Numbered from the stretch's first letter, positions 1-10,899 are shown. The stretch is DNA of 32,000 nt from Wigglesworthia glossinidia endosymbiont of Glossina brevipalpis (GCA_000008885.1 BA000021.3:90001-122000); one strand, 5' to 3'. A program made the numbers and translations. The notes: generated from the sequence alone by a model not told the origin.

Positions 1-114
1 TATTCTGGAATGGCATTTGGTATCGGAATTGAAAGATTAGCAATGTTATATTATAAATTATCTGATGTTAGACCGTTATTTATTAATAATTTACGTTTTT
101 TAAAACAATTTAAA
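1..114 (+). CDS. pheS: Phenylalanyl-tRNA synthetase alpha subunit, 3' end (partial)
   Basis: Frame 1 reads [37 protein letters not shown], the typical class II motif 3 / C-terminus of PheS, directly upstream of pheT. Confidence 0.95.
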
Positions 115-127
115 TAAGCGAGAATAT

Positions 128-2539
128 ATGAATTTAAGCGAAATTTGGTTGAGGGAATATTTAAGTATAAATTTAGATTTAAATGAAATTATTAATAGAA
201 TTACCAAAATAGGGCTAGAAGTGGAAAAAATTATTCCGGTTTCTATGAAATTTTCTGGAATTAAAATAGGAAAAGTTATTTCGTGCAAACAACATCCAAA
301 ATGTAAAAAATTAAAAATCTTTTTAATTAAAATTAATAATAAAAATATTATTAATGTAATTTCAGATTATGATAAAAGCTTAATAAATAAAAAAATAGCA
401 GTAGCCGTAAATGGATCTATATTACCTAATAGAACAATAGTAGAAAAAAAATTTTTATATGGATATGAATCATGTGGAATTTTTTGTACTTATGATCAGT
501 TAAAAATTTTTGGATTAAAAGAAACATCTAAAGATATTATTGTTTTAGATAAAAACGCAATCATTGGCGAAGATATCAAAAATTATTTTTTTCTTAATGA
601 CAATATTATTTGTATAAAAGTTTCACATAATAGATGTGATTGTTTAAACATTATTGGATTATCTAGAGCCATTTCTTCAGAATATAATGAATTATTAGAA
701 AATAAATTAATAAATAAAATTAATTCAACAAAAGATTATGGATTTAAAATAAAAATAAATGAACCAGAAGCGTGCCCTAAGTATTTAACAAGAAAAATAA
801 AATATATAAATCTAAATGTTAATACTCCAATATGGATTTCTGAAAGAATAAGAAGATCTGGATTTAAACCAAAAAATATTATTATAGATATCATAAATTA
901 TGTATTTATAGAAACTGGACAAACAATTAAAATTTTTGACGCAGATAAGATATCAGGAAATATTACAGTAAGATTTTCTAAAGAAAAAGAATCAATGATG
1001 ATTTCAAAAAATAAAAAAATTATAATTCAAAAAAACACATTAGTTGTTTCTGATAAAAATTCTATAATAGAAATAGCTGGAATATTGTTAGGTTATTCTG
1101 CAAGAATTGATTCAAAAACTACCATAAATATTATTATTTCATCTGTTTTATACAGATCTAAATTTTTATTTGGAAATTCTGTTAAATATTGCATAAATTC
1201 TGATTTAGCTTATAGAAATGAAAGAAACATGATTGATCCAAATATACAGCATTTAGCTATAAATCGAGCTACAGAATTAATATTACGTTTTTGCTGTGGA
1301 AGTCCAGGTAAAATTATTAATTATATTAATAATAAATTTTTACCGAAAAAAATTTTAATAAAGCTTTACAAAAAAAAATTATATGAAATATTAGGATTTT
1401 TTATTTCAAAAAAATTAATAGAAAATATACTTTTATTATTAGGATATAAATATGAATTTATCAAAAATTATTGGAAAGTTAGTGTTCCAAGTTGGAGAAT
1501 GTGCAATGTAAAAATAGAAGAAGATTTAATAAGCGATATATCTCGTTTTTATGGATTCGAAAAAATACCTATTGATTTAAGTTACAAGAAAATAAAATAT
1601 AATAATTGTAAATATAATATAAATACATTAAATAATGCAAAGAAATTATTAACAAATAGAGGATATCAAGAAATTATTTCATATACTTTTGTTGATAAAA
1701 ATATACAAAACATTATACATCCAAATAAAATTCCTGTACCTATTATTAATCCAATTTCTACTGAAATGTCTGTATTAAGATTATCATTTTTTACTAATTT
1801 TATTCAAACAATTTTATATAATCAAAATAGACAAACAAAATATATAAAAATATTTGAAAGTGGATTTTGTTTTTCGAAAAATAAAAAATATAAGTTAGGA
1901 ATTAAACAAAGTTTTTTTATATCAGGAGCAGTTTCTGGTTTTAAAAATGTAGAATCTTGGTATTCTAAGCAAAGGGAGATAGATTTTTTTGACATAAAAG
2001 GTGACGTAGAGACTTTATTATATTTAAACGGAAATTCAAGCGATTTTGAATTTAAAACATGTAAAAATAAAGAATTTCATCCAGGTAAAAATTCAAAAAT
2101 TTTTTTTAAGAAAAAATATGTTGGTATAATAGGAGAAATTAATCCTAATATACAAAATAAACTTGATATAAAAAATAGAATTTTCGTATTTGAATTATTA
2201 TGGGATAATATAAAAAATTTTTACGTTCCTAAAATTTATAATATTTCAGATATTCCTTTTAATTATAGAGATATTTCTATTGTCATTTCAAATAAAATTC
2301 CTATTATAGAAGTAATAAAAATATGTAAAGATAGTATCAAAAAAGAATTAATTAATATTAATATATTTGATATTTATCAAGGAAAAGAAATAAAAAAAGG
2401 ACATAAAAGCATATCTATTAGATTAACTTTACAAAATAAAAATTATAATATGACTAATTTAGAAATAAATTCTATTTTGGAAAAATGTATTTGTAATTTA
2501 AAGAAAAATTTTTTGATAGAAATTAGAACAATTTGTTAA
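128..2539 (+). CDS. pheT: Phenylalanyl-tRNA synthetase beta subunit
   Basis: 803 aa. Contains EPEACPKYLTRKIKYINLNVNTPIWISERIRRSG and the C-terminal anticodon-binding-like end (YRDISIVI...). Directly follows pheS. Confidence 0.97.
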   Translation: MNLSEIWLREYLSINLDLNEIINRITKIGLEVEKIIPVSMKFSGIKIGKVISCKQHPKCKKLKIFLIKINNKNIINVISDYDKSLINKKIAVAVNGSILPNRTIVEKKFLYGYESCGIFCTYDQLKIFGLKETSKDIIVLDKNAIIGEDIKNYFFLNDNIICIKVSHNRCDCLNIIGLSRAISSEYNELLENKLINKINSTKDYGFKIKINEPEACPKYLTRKIKYINLNVNTPIWISERIRRSGFKPKNIIIDIINYVFIETGQTIKIFDADKISGNITVRFSKEKESMMISKNKKIIIQKNTLVVSDKNSIIEIAGILLGYSARIDSKTTINIIISSVLYRSKFLFGNSVKYCINSDLAYRNERNMIDPNIQHLAINRATELILRFCCGSPGKIINYINNKFLPKKILIKLYKKKLYEILGFFISKKLIENILLLLGYKYEFIKNYWKVSVPSWRMCNVKIEEDLISDISRFYGFEKIPIDLSYKKIKYNNCKYNINTLNNAKKLLTNRGYQEIISYTFVDKNIQNIIHPNKIPVPIINPISTEMSVLRLSFFTNFIQTILYNQNRQTKYIKIFESGFCFSKNKKYKLGIKQSFFISGAVSGFKNVESWYSKQREIDFFDIKGDVETLLYLNGNSSDFEFKTCKNKEFHPGKNSKIFFKKKYVGIIGEINPNIQNKLDIKNRIFVFELLWDNIKNFYVPKIYNISDIPFNYRDISIVISNKIPIIEVIKICKDSIKKELININIFDIYQGKEIKKGHKSISIRLTLQNKNYNMTNLEINSILEKCICNLKKNFLIEIRTIC

Positions 2540-2558
2540 ATAAAAAATTTATAGAATG

Positions 2559-3608
2559 TTAATATTCTTTTAATTTTATTTTCCAATTTAATTTTTTCTC
2601 GAAGAAAATTGGAGATAGATAATTATTTTTATTTATTTTAATAATTTGTTTTTTATTAGGATAAAAAGTTTCTTTAAAAAAAGTAATGTGTTCTTTATTG
2701 ATCGGTAAATTATAGAAATTAGCTCCATTTATAGAACAAAAATTTTCTAATTTATTTAAAATATTAAGATTGTCAAAAACTGTAGCATACATTTCAAGAG
2801 CAATTGGAGAATTAAATATTCCTGCGAATCCCATGCTAGATTCTTTGTTTTTCAAAACATGAGGAGCACTATCAGTTCCAAGAAAAAATCTATTACAATT
2901 TCCAGATATAGCCTTATGTAAGGCAAATTGATCTATTTTTTTTTTTAAAATTGGAAAACAATATAAATGTGGTTTTATTTTATTTGATAACATATCATTA
3001 TAATTAAACATTAAATGATGTGGAGTTATAGTTGCTCCTAATAATGAATCTTCTGATATTACATATTCCACAGCTATTTTTGTAGAAATATGTTCAAAAA
3101 CAATTTTTAATTTAGGAAAATTTTTACGTATTGGAATCATTACTTTTTCTATAAATTTAGCTTCTCTGTCGAATATATCTGTTTTTTCATCGCTTATTTC
3201 TCCATGAACTGATAAAATCATTCCTATTTTTTGCATAATTTCTAATATATGAAATATATTTTCAAAATTTTTTATTCCTTTTTCAGAATTAGTAGTAGTA
3301 TTTGATATATACATTTTAGCTGCAATGAAAATTTTATTTAAAAATCCATCAACTAACATCTTTTTATCGCAATTTTCAGTTAAATATAAAGTCATTAATG
3401 GATTAAATTTATGTAATTTAGGAATAAAAGAACATATTTCTTTTTTATAAACACTTGCAAAATGAGAATTTATAATTGGTTGATTTAAATTAGGCATTAC
3501 TAATGCTCTTCCAAAAAATTGACTAGTATAAGGAAGAATTTTTTTTAGTATTTCTTTTTCTCTGAGATGTATGTGAAAATCATCTGGCTTTATTATTTTT
3601 AATAACAT
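2559..3608 (-). CDS. pyrC: Dihydroorotase
   Basis: 349 aa. Starts MLLKIIKPDDFHIHLRE (metal-binding HxH) and includes GTDSAPH. Confidence 0.96.
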   Translation of the reverse strand: MLLKIIKPDDFHIHLREKEILKKILPYTSQFFGRALVMPNLNQPIINSHFASVYKKEICSFIPKLHKFNPLMTLYLTENCDKKMLVDGFLNKIFIAAKMYISNTTTNSEKGIKNFENIFHILEIMQKIGMILSVHGEISDEKTDIFDREAKFIEKVMIPIRKNFPKLKIVFEHISTKIAVEYVISEDSLLGATITPHHLMFNYNDMLSNKIKPHLYCFPILKKKIDQFALHKAISGNCNRFFLGTDSAPHVLKNKESSMGFAGIFNSPIALEMYATVFDNLNILNKLENFCSINGANFYNLPINKEHITFFKETFYPNKKQIIKINKNNYLSPIFFEKKLNWKIKLKEY

Positions 3609-3716
3609 TTTTATTAAATTATTATTTATATTTTATCTATAAAATTACCAATTTATTTGTTTATATAAATATATTATAAAAAATAATTTTATAAAATACT
3701 ATAAATATAAATTTTT

Positions 3717-6068
3717 CTATATTATTTTTTGTTTTTTTTTTATTTGAACTTTCTTAATAATTTTAGCTTTGTTTATATTATTTTTGTTAATTATTTTATT
3801 TTTCTCTACGTTGGAATTTTTATTTTTATAAGATATTTTTTTTATTAAAAAGTTATTTGATTTGTTTTGATATTTTTTTTTGCTACATACTAATCTTAAA
3901 TATTTAGGAATACGTCTAATTTTATTAGTAAAAACAAGATGTTTTTTATTTTTATTAAAAATAATATTATTATTTTTTGTATTACTAATTAATTTAATAT
4001 TTTTTTCGTTTAAATTTTCCCTTATAATAGAATTTAAATTTTTATTTTGAGAAAAAAATTTATTATTATAATTAATATGAGTAAATTTTGAATTATTTTT
4101 TTTTATTTTTAATTTATTAGATTCTTCATAAGAAGAACAATAAAAAAATGAATCATTATTATTTTCTGAAAATTTTTTTATATTTTTTATTTTTTTATCA
4201 TTTAAATAATTTTTGTTTTCAATATTTTTTTCTTTAAAAATTTTTTTATTAAAAATATCTTTCGAAGAATCACAAGAAAAATTTTCTGATATAAAAATAT
4301 TATTTTTTTTATCAAAATTTTTCTGATTTTTTAAAATATATAATAAATTTTTTAAATTATAAATTAAACGTTTAAATAAATTTTGATATTTAACTAAATT
4401 ATTAAAGTTTGTTTTTTTACTTTGCGATTTATAAAAATATAAAGAACTATTTTTTTCTGTATATTTTAATTCATTAAAAAATAAATTTTGATTATCGTAG
4501 CACTTTTTATCATAAAAAGATCCATTAGGAATATTTATACAATCTGATTCATAAATTTTTGGTATTAAATAACTTGGTATGTTTGATTGTTCTCCTATTT
4601 TTACTCTTAAAACTAAATAATTTGGAGTTTTCATTTTATCATTTGGAATGATAACTGTTCTTACGCCTTGTTTTCTTTTTTCTATTGCACTTACTGCATC
4701 TCTTTTTTCATTTAATAAGTAAGATGCAATATCAACTGGAACAATAGTATAAACTTTATATGTATTATCTTTAATAGATTCTTCTTCTATTAATCTTAAA
4801 ATTGATAAAGAAAGAGATTCTTTGTCTCTTATAGTTCCAGTTCCATTGCATCTAGGACAAATATAATGACTAGATTCTCTTAAAGAATGACTCATTCTTT
4901 GTCTAGATAACTCTAATAAACCAAATTTAGATATTTGTCCTATTTGTATTCTAGCACGATCTTGTTTTGCTAGTTCTTTTAATAATTTTTCTACTTCTCT
5001 TTGGTGTTTTGAAGTATTCATATCTATAAAATCAATTACAATTAATCCTCCTAAATCTCTTAGCCTTAATTGTATAGAAATTTCATGAACCGCTTCTAGA
5101 TTGGTATTAAAAGCAGTTTCAGAAATATCTATTCCTCTAGTGGATTTAGCAGAATTTATATCTATAGCTGTTAATGCCTCTGTATTATCAATAAAAATAG
5201 ATCCTCCAGAAGGCAACTTAACTTCACGTTGAAAAGCAGATTCAATTTGAGATTCTATTTGATAATGACTAAATAAAGGAACTTCCCCGCTGTATAATTT
5301 TATTTTTTTAATAAAATCTGGACGGCCTAATGAAATTATATATTCTTTAGATAATTCTAATATTTTAGGATTATCTATTAAAATTTCTTTTATATCCGGC
5401 CTTAAATAATCGCGAAATGCTCTAGAAACAACGTCGCTTTCTCTATAAATTAGACATGGTGCTCTTTTTTTTTGCGCTGCTTTTTTTATTTTATCCCAAT
5501 GACTCAATCTAAAAGATAAATCTAATTTTAGATCTTTAATAGATTTTCCTAATCCAGCTGTTCTTATAATAATACCCATTCCGTTTGGAATTTCTAAAGA
5601 ATACAATATTTCTTTAAGTTCTGTCCTATCTTCTCCCTCGATATGACGAGAAATTCCTCCAGATTTAGGGTTATTTGGCATTAAAACTAAATAACTTCCT
5701 GCAAGACTAATAAATGTAGTAAGAGCAGCTCCTTTATTTCCTCTTGCTTCTTTTTCTATTTGAACTATAAGTTCTTGATTTTCTTTTAAAATATCTTTTA
5801 TGTTAGATTTGTTATAATAAATGTTGTTTTTATAAAGATATTCTATTGCAATTTCTTTAAATGGTAAAAATCCATGACGTTCTTCTCCATAATCTATAAA
5901 AACTGCTTCTAAACTAGGTTCTATTCTAGTAATTTTACCTTTATAAATATTGGATTTTTTTTGTATATATCTTAAGTTTTCAATATCTAAATCATATAAT
6001 TTTTGACCATCTACTAAAGCTATTCTTAATTCTTCTTGTTGAGTTGCATTAATTAGCATTCTTTTCAT
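3717..6068 (-). CDS. rne: Ribonuclease E with shortened, Lys/Asn-rich C-terminal region
   Basis: 783 aa. Starts [31 protein letters not shown]1 domain, CPRCNGTG Zn-link, divergent from rluC as in E. coli. Confidence 0.95.
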   Translation of the reverse strand: MKRMLINATQQEELRIALVDGQKLYDLDIENLRYIQKKSNIYKGKITRIEPSLEAVFIDYGEERHGFLPFKEIAIEYLYKNNIYYNKSNIKDILKENQELIVQIEKEARGNKGAALTTFISLAGSYLVLMPNNPKSGGISRHIEGEDRTELKEILYSLEIPNGMGIIIRTAGLGKSIKDLKLDLSFRLSHWDKIKKAAQKKRAPCLIYRESDVVSRAFRDYLRPDIKEILIDNPKILELSKEYIISLGRPDFIKKIKLYSGEVPLFSHYQIESQIESAFQREVKLPSGGSIFIDNTEALTAIDINSAKSTRGIDISETAFNTNLEAVHEISIQLRLRDLGGLIVIDFIDMNTSKHQREVEKLLKELAKQDRARIQIGQISKFGLLELSRQRMSHSLRESSHYICPRCNGTGTIRDKESLSLSILRLIEEESIKDNTYKVYTIVPVDIASYLLNEKRDAVSAIEKRKQGVRTVIIPNDKMKTPNYLVLRVKIGEQSNIPSYLIPKIYESDCINIPNGSFYDKKCYDNQNLFFNELKYTEKNSSLYFYKSQSKKTNFNNLVKYQNLFKRLIYNLKNLLYILKNQKNFDKKNNIFISENFSCDSSKDIFNKKIFKEKNIENKNYLNDKKIKNIKKFSENNNDSFFYCSSYEESNKLKIKKNNSKFTHINYNNKFFSQNKNLNSIIRENLNEKNIKLISNTKNNNIIFNKNKKHLVFTNKIRRIPKYLRLVCSKKKYQNKSNNFLIKKISYKNKNSNVEKNKIINKNNINKAKIIKKVQIKKKQKII

Positions 6069-6415
6069 TATATTTTGCTCATTTTATTTATTTACAAAAA
6101 ATTAATTTAGGTAATATGAAAAATATTTTATTAACTAAAATGTATCATAATTTTGTTATAATTATTTTTTACTCATAATTTTTAAAATAATTTGTTTAAA
6201 TTTTTAATAAACAAGATAATTAATAATTTTTAATTGTATTAGATTAAAATTTATTATTTTATTAAGACATAAAATAATGAAATAAATTGATGTTAAAATA
6301 TATTTTAAATCATTATATTTTATATCAAATAAAATAAATTTATAAATTTTTTATATATTCTTTTAAAGCAAATAGTTTCATATAATATATATATTATAAT
6401 AATAGTTTTTAGAAA

Positions 6416-7385
6416 ATGAAAATTTTAAAATCATCAGTAAAGTTTATTTCAATATCAGAAGATGAATCTAATCAAAGAATAGATAACTTTTTAATTAAAA
6501 AAATGAAAAACATCCCTAAAAAGGCTATTTATAGGATGTTAAGAAAAGGAGAAATAAGAATTAATAAAAAAAGAAAAAAACCAAAATACAAAATAAAAAA
6601 TCTGGATATAGTTAGGATACCTCCAATTGAATATTTTAATAATGAAAACACAAATAATTTTAAAAATTTAAGTTTTAATATTGACTCATGTCGCTTATAT
6701 GAAGATAAATATATTTTAATATTAAACAAACCAAGTGGAATAGCGGTCCATAAAGGAAGTGGAATAAAAATTGGAATTATAGAAATATTAAGAAAAATAT
6801 ATTTAAAATATAATTTTTTAGAACTAGTTCATAGATTAGATAGAGGAACTTCTGGTATATTAGTAATAGCAAAAAAACGTTCTGTTTTGTGCGATCTACA
6901 TAATCAATTAAGAAATAATAAAATATATAAAGATTATATTATTTTAGTACATGGAAAATGTACTTTTAAAAAAATATTAGTATCAGCTCCTTTGTTAAAA
7001 AGGTCTTTTTTAAACAAAAGTTTGAAATATAAAAAACAAAAAGGTATAATTGGTTCCCCCTGGGGGCAAAATTTCTCAAACTTATTTTAAAGTAATAGAA
7101 AAATTCAATTCTTTTACTTTGTTAAAAGCCATTCCAAAAACAGGAAGAATGCATCAAATTAGAGTACATTCTAAATATATAAATCATCCAATTGTATGTG
7201 ATAATTTATATAATGATATAAAAAATAAAAAAAATTTATTTTTTAAAAAAAATATCAATAGAATTTTTTTGCATGCTTCTAATATTTGTTTTAAACATCC
7301 AATATCATCAAAAACAATAAACATAAACGCTCCTTTAGAAGAATCATTGTATAAATATTTACAATTGATAAGAAAATGTGTATAA
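6416..7385 (+). CDS. rluC: 23S rRNA pseudouridine synthase RluC, split by an apparent +1 frameshift near 7056-7066
   Basis: ORF 6416..7090 carries the S4-like domain and HRLDRGTSGILVIAKK. ORF 7050..7385 carries ISQTYFKVIEKFNSFTLLKAIPKTGRMHQIRVHSKY. Together they make a full-length RluC. Confidence 0.88.
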
Positions 7386-7517
7386 CATAATTAATTTTTT
7401 TAATTACTGAAATTTTTATAAAAATACTTTTTTAAAAATTAAATGTAAAAATAATGTTTAATATTTTATTTTTAAAATAAATTTTTTAATAAAAAATTTT
7501 TTAATCAAAGGAGATAT

Positions 7518-7697
7518 ATGGCTGTACAAAAAAATAAACCTACAAGATCTAAAAGAGGGATGAGGCGTTCTCATGATAAAATAAACATACATAAATTTTC
7601 TGTAGATAAAGTTTCAGGAGAAATTCACATTCGTCATTGTTTGACAAAAAGTGGATTTTATTGCGGAAAAAAAGTTTTAAATAAAAAAAATAAATAA
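7518..7697 (+). CDS. rpmF: 50S ribosomal protein L32
   Basis: Not in the ORF track (59 aa). Translation [59 protein letters not shown], preceded by AAAGGAG. Stop overlaps the fabD start (TAATG). Confidence 0.96.
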   Translation: MAVQKNKPTRSKRGMRRSHDKINIHKFSVDKVSGEIHIRHCLTKSGFYCGKKVLNKKNK

Positions 7698-8641
7698 TGA
7701 AACTTTTTTCAATGGTATTTCCAGGACAAGGATCTCAATTTGTTGGAATGTTGAAATCACTTTCAGATTCCTTTATTATAGTCAAAGAAGTTTTTGAAGA
7801 AAGTTCAGAAATATTAAAATATGATTTATGGAAATTAGCACAAGAAGGTCCATTAAATATTTTAAATAAAACAGAAATAACACAACCAGCCATATTGACT
7901 GCGTCTTTTGCAATTTGGAAAGTATGGAATTCTTTATCTAATATAAATCCTATATTCATGGCAGGACATAGCTTAGGAGAGTATTCTGCGTTAGTTTGTG
8001 CAAAAAGCTTGAATTTTTCTGATGCAATAAAAATAACATCTTTACGCGGTAAATTTATGCAAGAATCTTTAAAAAAAGAATGTGCTATGGCTGCAATCAT
8101 AGGATTGCCTTGTACTATAATAGATAAAATTTGTAAAAGAATATCTATATATGAATTTGTTGAAATAGCAAATTTTAATTCTCCCATGCAAATAATAATA
8201 TCAGGATATAAAAACTCAGTTATAAAAGTAATTAAAAAATCTAAAAAATTAGGAGCGAAATATGCAAAATTATTATCTGTAAATGTTCCTGCTCATTCAG
8301 TTTTGATGAAGCCTGCATCAAAAAAACTTTCTTATGCTTTGAATAAAATAAAAATTTTTACTCCTAAAATTAAAGTTATTAGCAGTTTAAATGTTAAAGT
8401 TCAAAAAAATCCTAAAGAAATTAAAAAAAATTTAATAAAACAAATTTATAAACCAGTATTATGGAATAATACTATAAAGTATTTAATAGAAAAAAAAATA
8501 AAAATTTTTTTAGAGGTTGGGCCAGGAAATATTTTATCTAAATTGCTTAAAAGTTTTTCACAAAATACAAATATATATGGAATATCAATACAACATCCTG
8601 AAATAATTATAAAAGAATCTGGAAGATATAATAAATTATGA
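7697..8641 (+). CDS. fabD: Malonyl-CoA:ACP transacylase
   Basis: VFPGQGSQFVGM and active-site GHSLGEYSAL; located between rpmF and fabG. Confidence 0.97.
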   Translation: MKLFSMVFPGQGSQFVGMLKSLSDSFIIVKEVFEESSEILKYDLWKLAQEGPLNILNKTEITQPAILTASFAIWKVWNSLSNINPIFMAGHSLGEYSALVCAKSLNFSDAIKITSLRGKFMQESLKKECAMAAIIGLPCTIIDKICKRISIYEFVEIANFNSPMQIIISGYKNSVIKVIKKSKKLGAKYAKLLSVNVPAHSVLMKPASKKLSYALNKIKIFTPKIKVISSLNVKVQKNPKEIKKNLIKQIYKPVLWNNTIKYLIEKKIKIFLEVGPGNILSKLLKSFSQNTNIYGISIQHPEIIIKESGRYNKL

Positions 8642-9372
8642 ATTTTAATAAAAAAATTTCATTAGTGACAGGAGCTAATAGAGGAATTGGAAAATCAATA
8701 GCAAAAGAACTATTAAAAAGAAATTCTATTGTTATTGGAACATCTACTTCTAAAGAAGGAGTGGATATAATAAACAATTATGTAAAAAAGCAAGGAAAAG
8801 GAATTGTATTAAATTTATTAGATAAAAATTCAATCAAATTATGCATAGAAAAAATAAAAAAAAATTTCGGAGATGTAGATATACTTATAAACAATGCAGG
8901 AACTAATAAAGATGAATTGTTAATCAGAATGAAAGAAAATAGTTTAAATCATGTAATAAATATAAATCTTATATCTGTTTTTATAATATCTAAAATAGTT
9001 ATAAAAGGAATGATAAAAAAAAGATACGGAAGAATTATTAACATTGGATCAGTATCTGGATTCACAGGTAATATAGGTCAAACAAATTATTCTGCGTCTA
9101 AATCTGGATTAACAGGATTCACCAAATCTTTGGCTAGAGAAGTTGCAAAAAAAGGAATTACGGTTAATATGGTATCTCCGGGATTTATTAAAACAGATAT
9201 GACAAAATCTTTATCTGAAAATAACAAAAAAAATATATTATCTAATATACCAGTAAACAGATTTGGATCTACAAAAGACGTAGCAAATGCAGTTATTTTT
9301 TTTGCTTCTGATTTATCATCTTATATTACCGGAGAAACTATGCACGTTAATGGCGGAATATATATGAAATAA
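8638..9372 (+). CDS. fabG: 3-oxoacyl-ACP reductase
   Basis: SDR motifs TGANRGIGKSIA, NNAG, YSASKSGL; ATGA overlap with fabD. Confidence 0.97.
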   Translation: MNFNKKISLVTGANRGIGKSIAKELLKRNSIVIGTSTSKEGVDIINNYVKKQGKGIVLNLLDKNSIKLCIEKIKKNFGDVDILINNAGTNKDELLIRMKENSLNHVININLISVFIISKIVIKGMIKKRYGRIINIGSVSGFTGNIGQTNYSASKSGLTGFTKSLAREVAKKGITVNMVSPGFIKTDMTKSLSENNKKNILSNIPVNRFGSTKDVANAVIFFASDLSSYITGETMHVNGGIYMK

Positions 9373-9503
9373 AATTTATACAAATTTATTTTAAATAATA
9401 AAATTAAACTTAATTAATTTTATTTATTTTAATCTTTTATAATATATTATAAAATAATCATTAATAATATATTATTGTCGAATTTGATAGGAAAATGAAT
9501 GAC

Positions 9504-9740
9504 ATGAGCACTATCGAAGAAAGCGTTAAATCTATTATTGCAGAGCAGTTAGGAGTTAAAAAAGAAGAAGTAACAAATAATGCATCTTTCGTGGATGATC
9601 TTGGAGCTGACTCTTTAGACACAGTGGAATTAGTTATGGCGTTAGAAGAAGAGTTTGACACAGAGATACCAGACGAAGAAGCAGAAAAAATTACTACAGT
9701 TCAAGCAGCTATTGATTTTATTAAAGAAAGTAAAAAATAA
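9504..9740 (+). CDS. acpP: Acyl carrier protein (in-frame upstream start at 9495 also possible)
   Basis: [73 protein letters not shown], with the DSL phosphopantetheine site. Starting at 9504 gives the usual 78 aa. Confidence 0.96.
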   Translation: MSTIEESVKSIIAEQLGVKKEEVTNNASFVDDLGADSLDTVELVMALEEEFDTEIPDEEAEKITTVQAAIDFIKESKK

Positions 9741-9748
9741 AATAGTTA

Positions 9749-9780
9749 GGCGGTCTAAGGACCGCCAATATTTTCATTTC
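9749..9780 (+). terminator. Rho-independent terminator after acpP
   Basis: Perfect 7-bp GC-rich stem GGCGGTC-TAAG-GACCGCC (9749-9766) followed by a U-rich stretch AATATTTTCATTTT. Confidence 0.85.
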
Positions 9781-9891
9781 TTAAAAATAAATAAAAAATA
9801 ATAATTTTTTTAAAAATTTTTTTATTTATTTTCAAATTTATTAATATATTCAATGTCTTATTATTTATATTGTATTAGATCAAAATATAAA

Positions 9892-10899
9892 ATGAAAAAA
9901 AAAATAAATAAAATATTATATTTATTAATATTAATACCTATTTTTTTTTTTAGACTATTTATTTTTGAAAGAGAATCTTTGCACATAAATAATAATGCAT
10001 TAATTACAATAAAGAAAGGTAGCACAATATTAGATTTGAAAAATTTAATGGAAGAAAAAACATTTAATAATCATTTATACTTATTGCCATGGTTAATTAA
10101 ATTATATCCTAAATATAAATACATAAAGGCAGGAACTTATTTTTTAAAAACAGAATATAATATTAAAGACGCTTTAAATATTTTTGTGTTAGGAAAAGAA
10201 AAACAATTTTCTATTACTTTTTTTGAAGGATCAACATTGCAAGATTGTTTAATTATATTAAAAAATTCTCCATATATAGAGCAAGACCTAATAAATGTAA
10301 ATATATACAATTTATCAGAAAAATTAGGGTATAAATACAAATTTCCACTAGAAGGAAGTTTATATCCAGATACTTATTTGTATGTAAAAAATACTAAAGC
10401 TAGTGAAATATTAAAAAGAGCAAAAAGAAATATGGATGTTATTTTAGAAAAAATATGGGACAACAGAGAATATGATTTGCCATATAAAAATTCTCAATCA
10501 TTATTAATTATGGCTTCGATTATCGAAAAAGAAACATCAATAAAAAAAGAACGTGCAATTGTAGCTTCTGTCTTTGTAAATAGATTAAAAAACAAAATGA
10601 AATTGCAATCTGATCCAACTGTTATGTATGGTTTAAGAAATAAAAAAACAATTAATCATAATGATTTGACTATACCTACTAAATACAACACATATATTAT
10701 TAATGGACTGCCTCCTACTCCAATATCAATGCCTGGTTTTGAATCTATTTATGCAGCTGCTCATCCAAAAAAAAGTAATTATTTTTATTTTGTATCTAAT
10801 GGTTACGGCAGTCATATATTTAGCGAAAACTTTAATAATCATAAAAAAGCAATAAAACAATATATAAATAAAAAGGTACAATTTAATGATAAAAAGTAA
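9892..10899 (+). CDS. mltG: Endolytic murein transglycosylase (YceG/MltG family); ORF extends upstream to 9853
   Basis: N-terminal TM segment, catalytic-region [19 protein letters not shown], and [20 protein letters not shown]; lies directly upstream of tmk. Confidence 0.92.
   Translation: MKKKINKILYLLILIPIFFFRLFIFERESLHINNNALITIKKGSTILDLKNLMEEKTFNNHLYLLPWLIKLYPKYKYIKAGTYFLKTEYNIKDALNIFVLGKEKQFSITFFEGSTLQDCLIILKNSPYIEQDLINVNIYNLSEKLGYKYKFPLEGSLYPDTYLYVKNTKASEILKRAKRNMDVILEKIWDNREYDLPYKNSQSLLIMASIIEKETSIKKERAIVASVFVNRLKNKMKLQSDPTVMYGLRNKKTINHNDLTIPTKYNTYIINGLPPTPISMPGFESIYAAAHPKKSNYFYFVSNGYGSHIFSENFNNHKKAIKQYINKKVQFNDKK

Noticed and set aside
7735-8187. 150-aa ORF antisense to fabD
   Set aside because: Lies wholly inside the well-conserved fabD on the opposite strand, and its residue pattern looks like a reverse-complement shadow. 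No RBS or family resemblance noticed.
9440-9445. Perfect TATAAT upstream of acpP
   Set aside because: No acceptable -35 at normal spacing, and such hexamers are expected by chance in this AT-rich sequence. Not called as a promoter.
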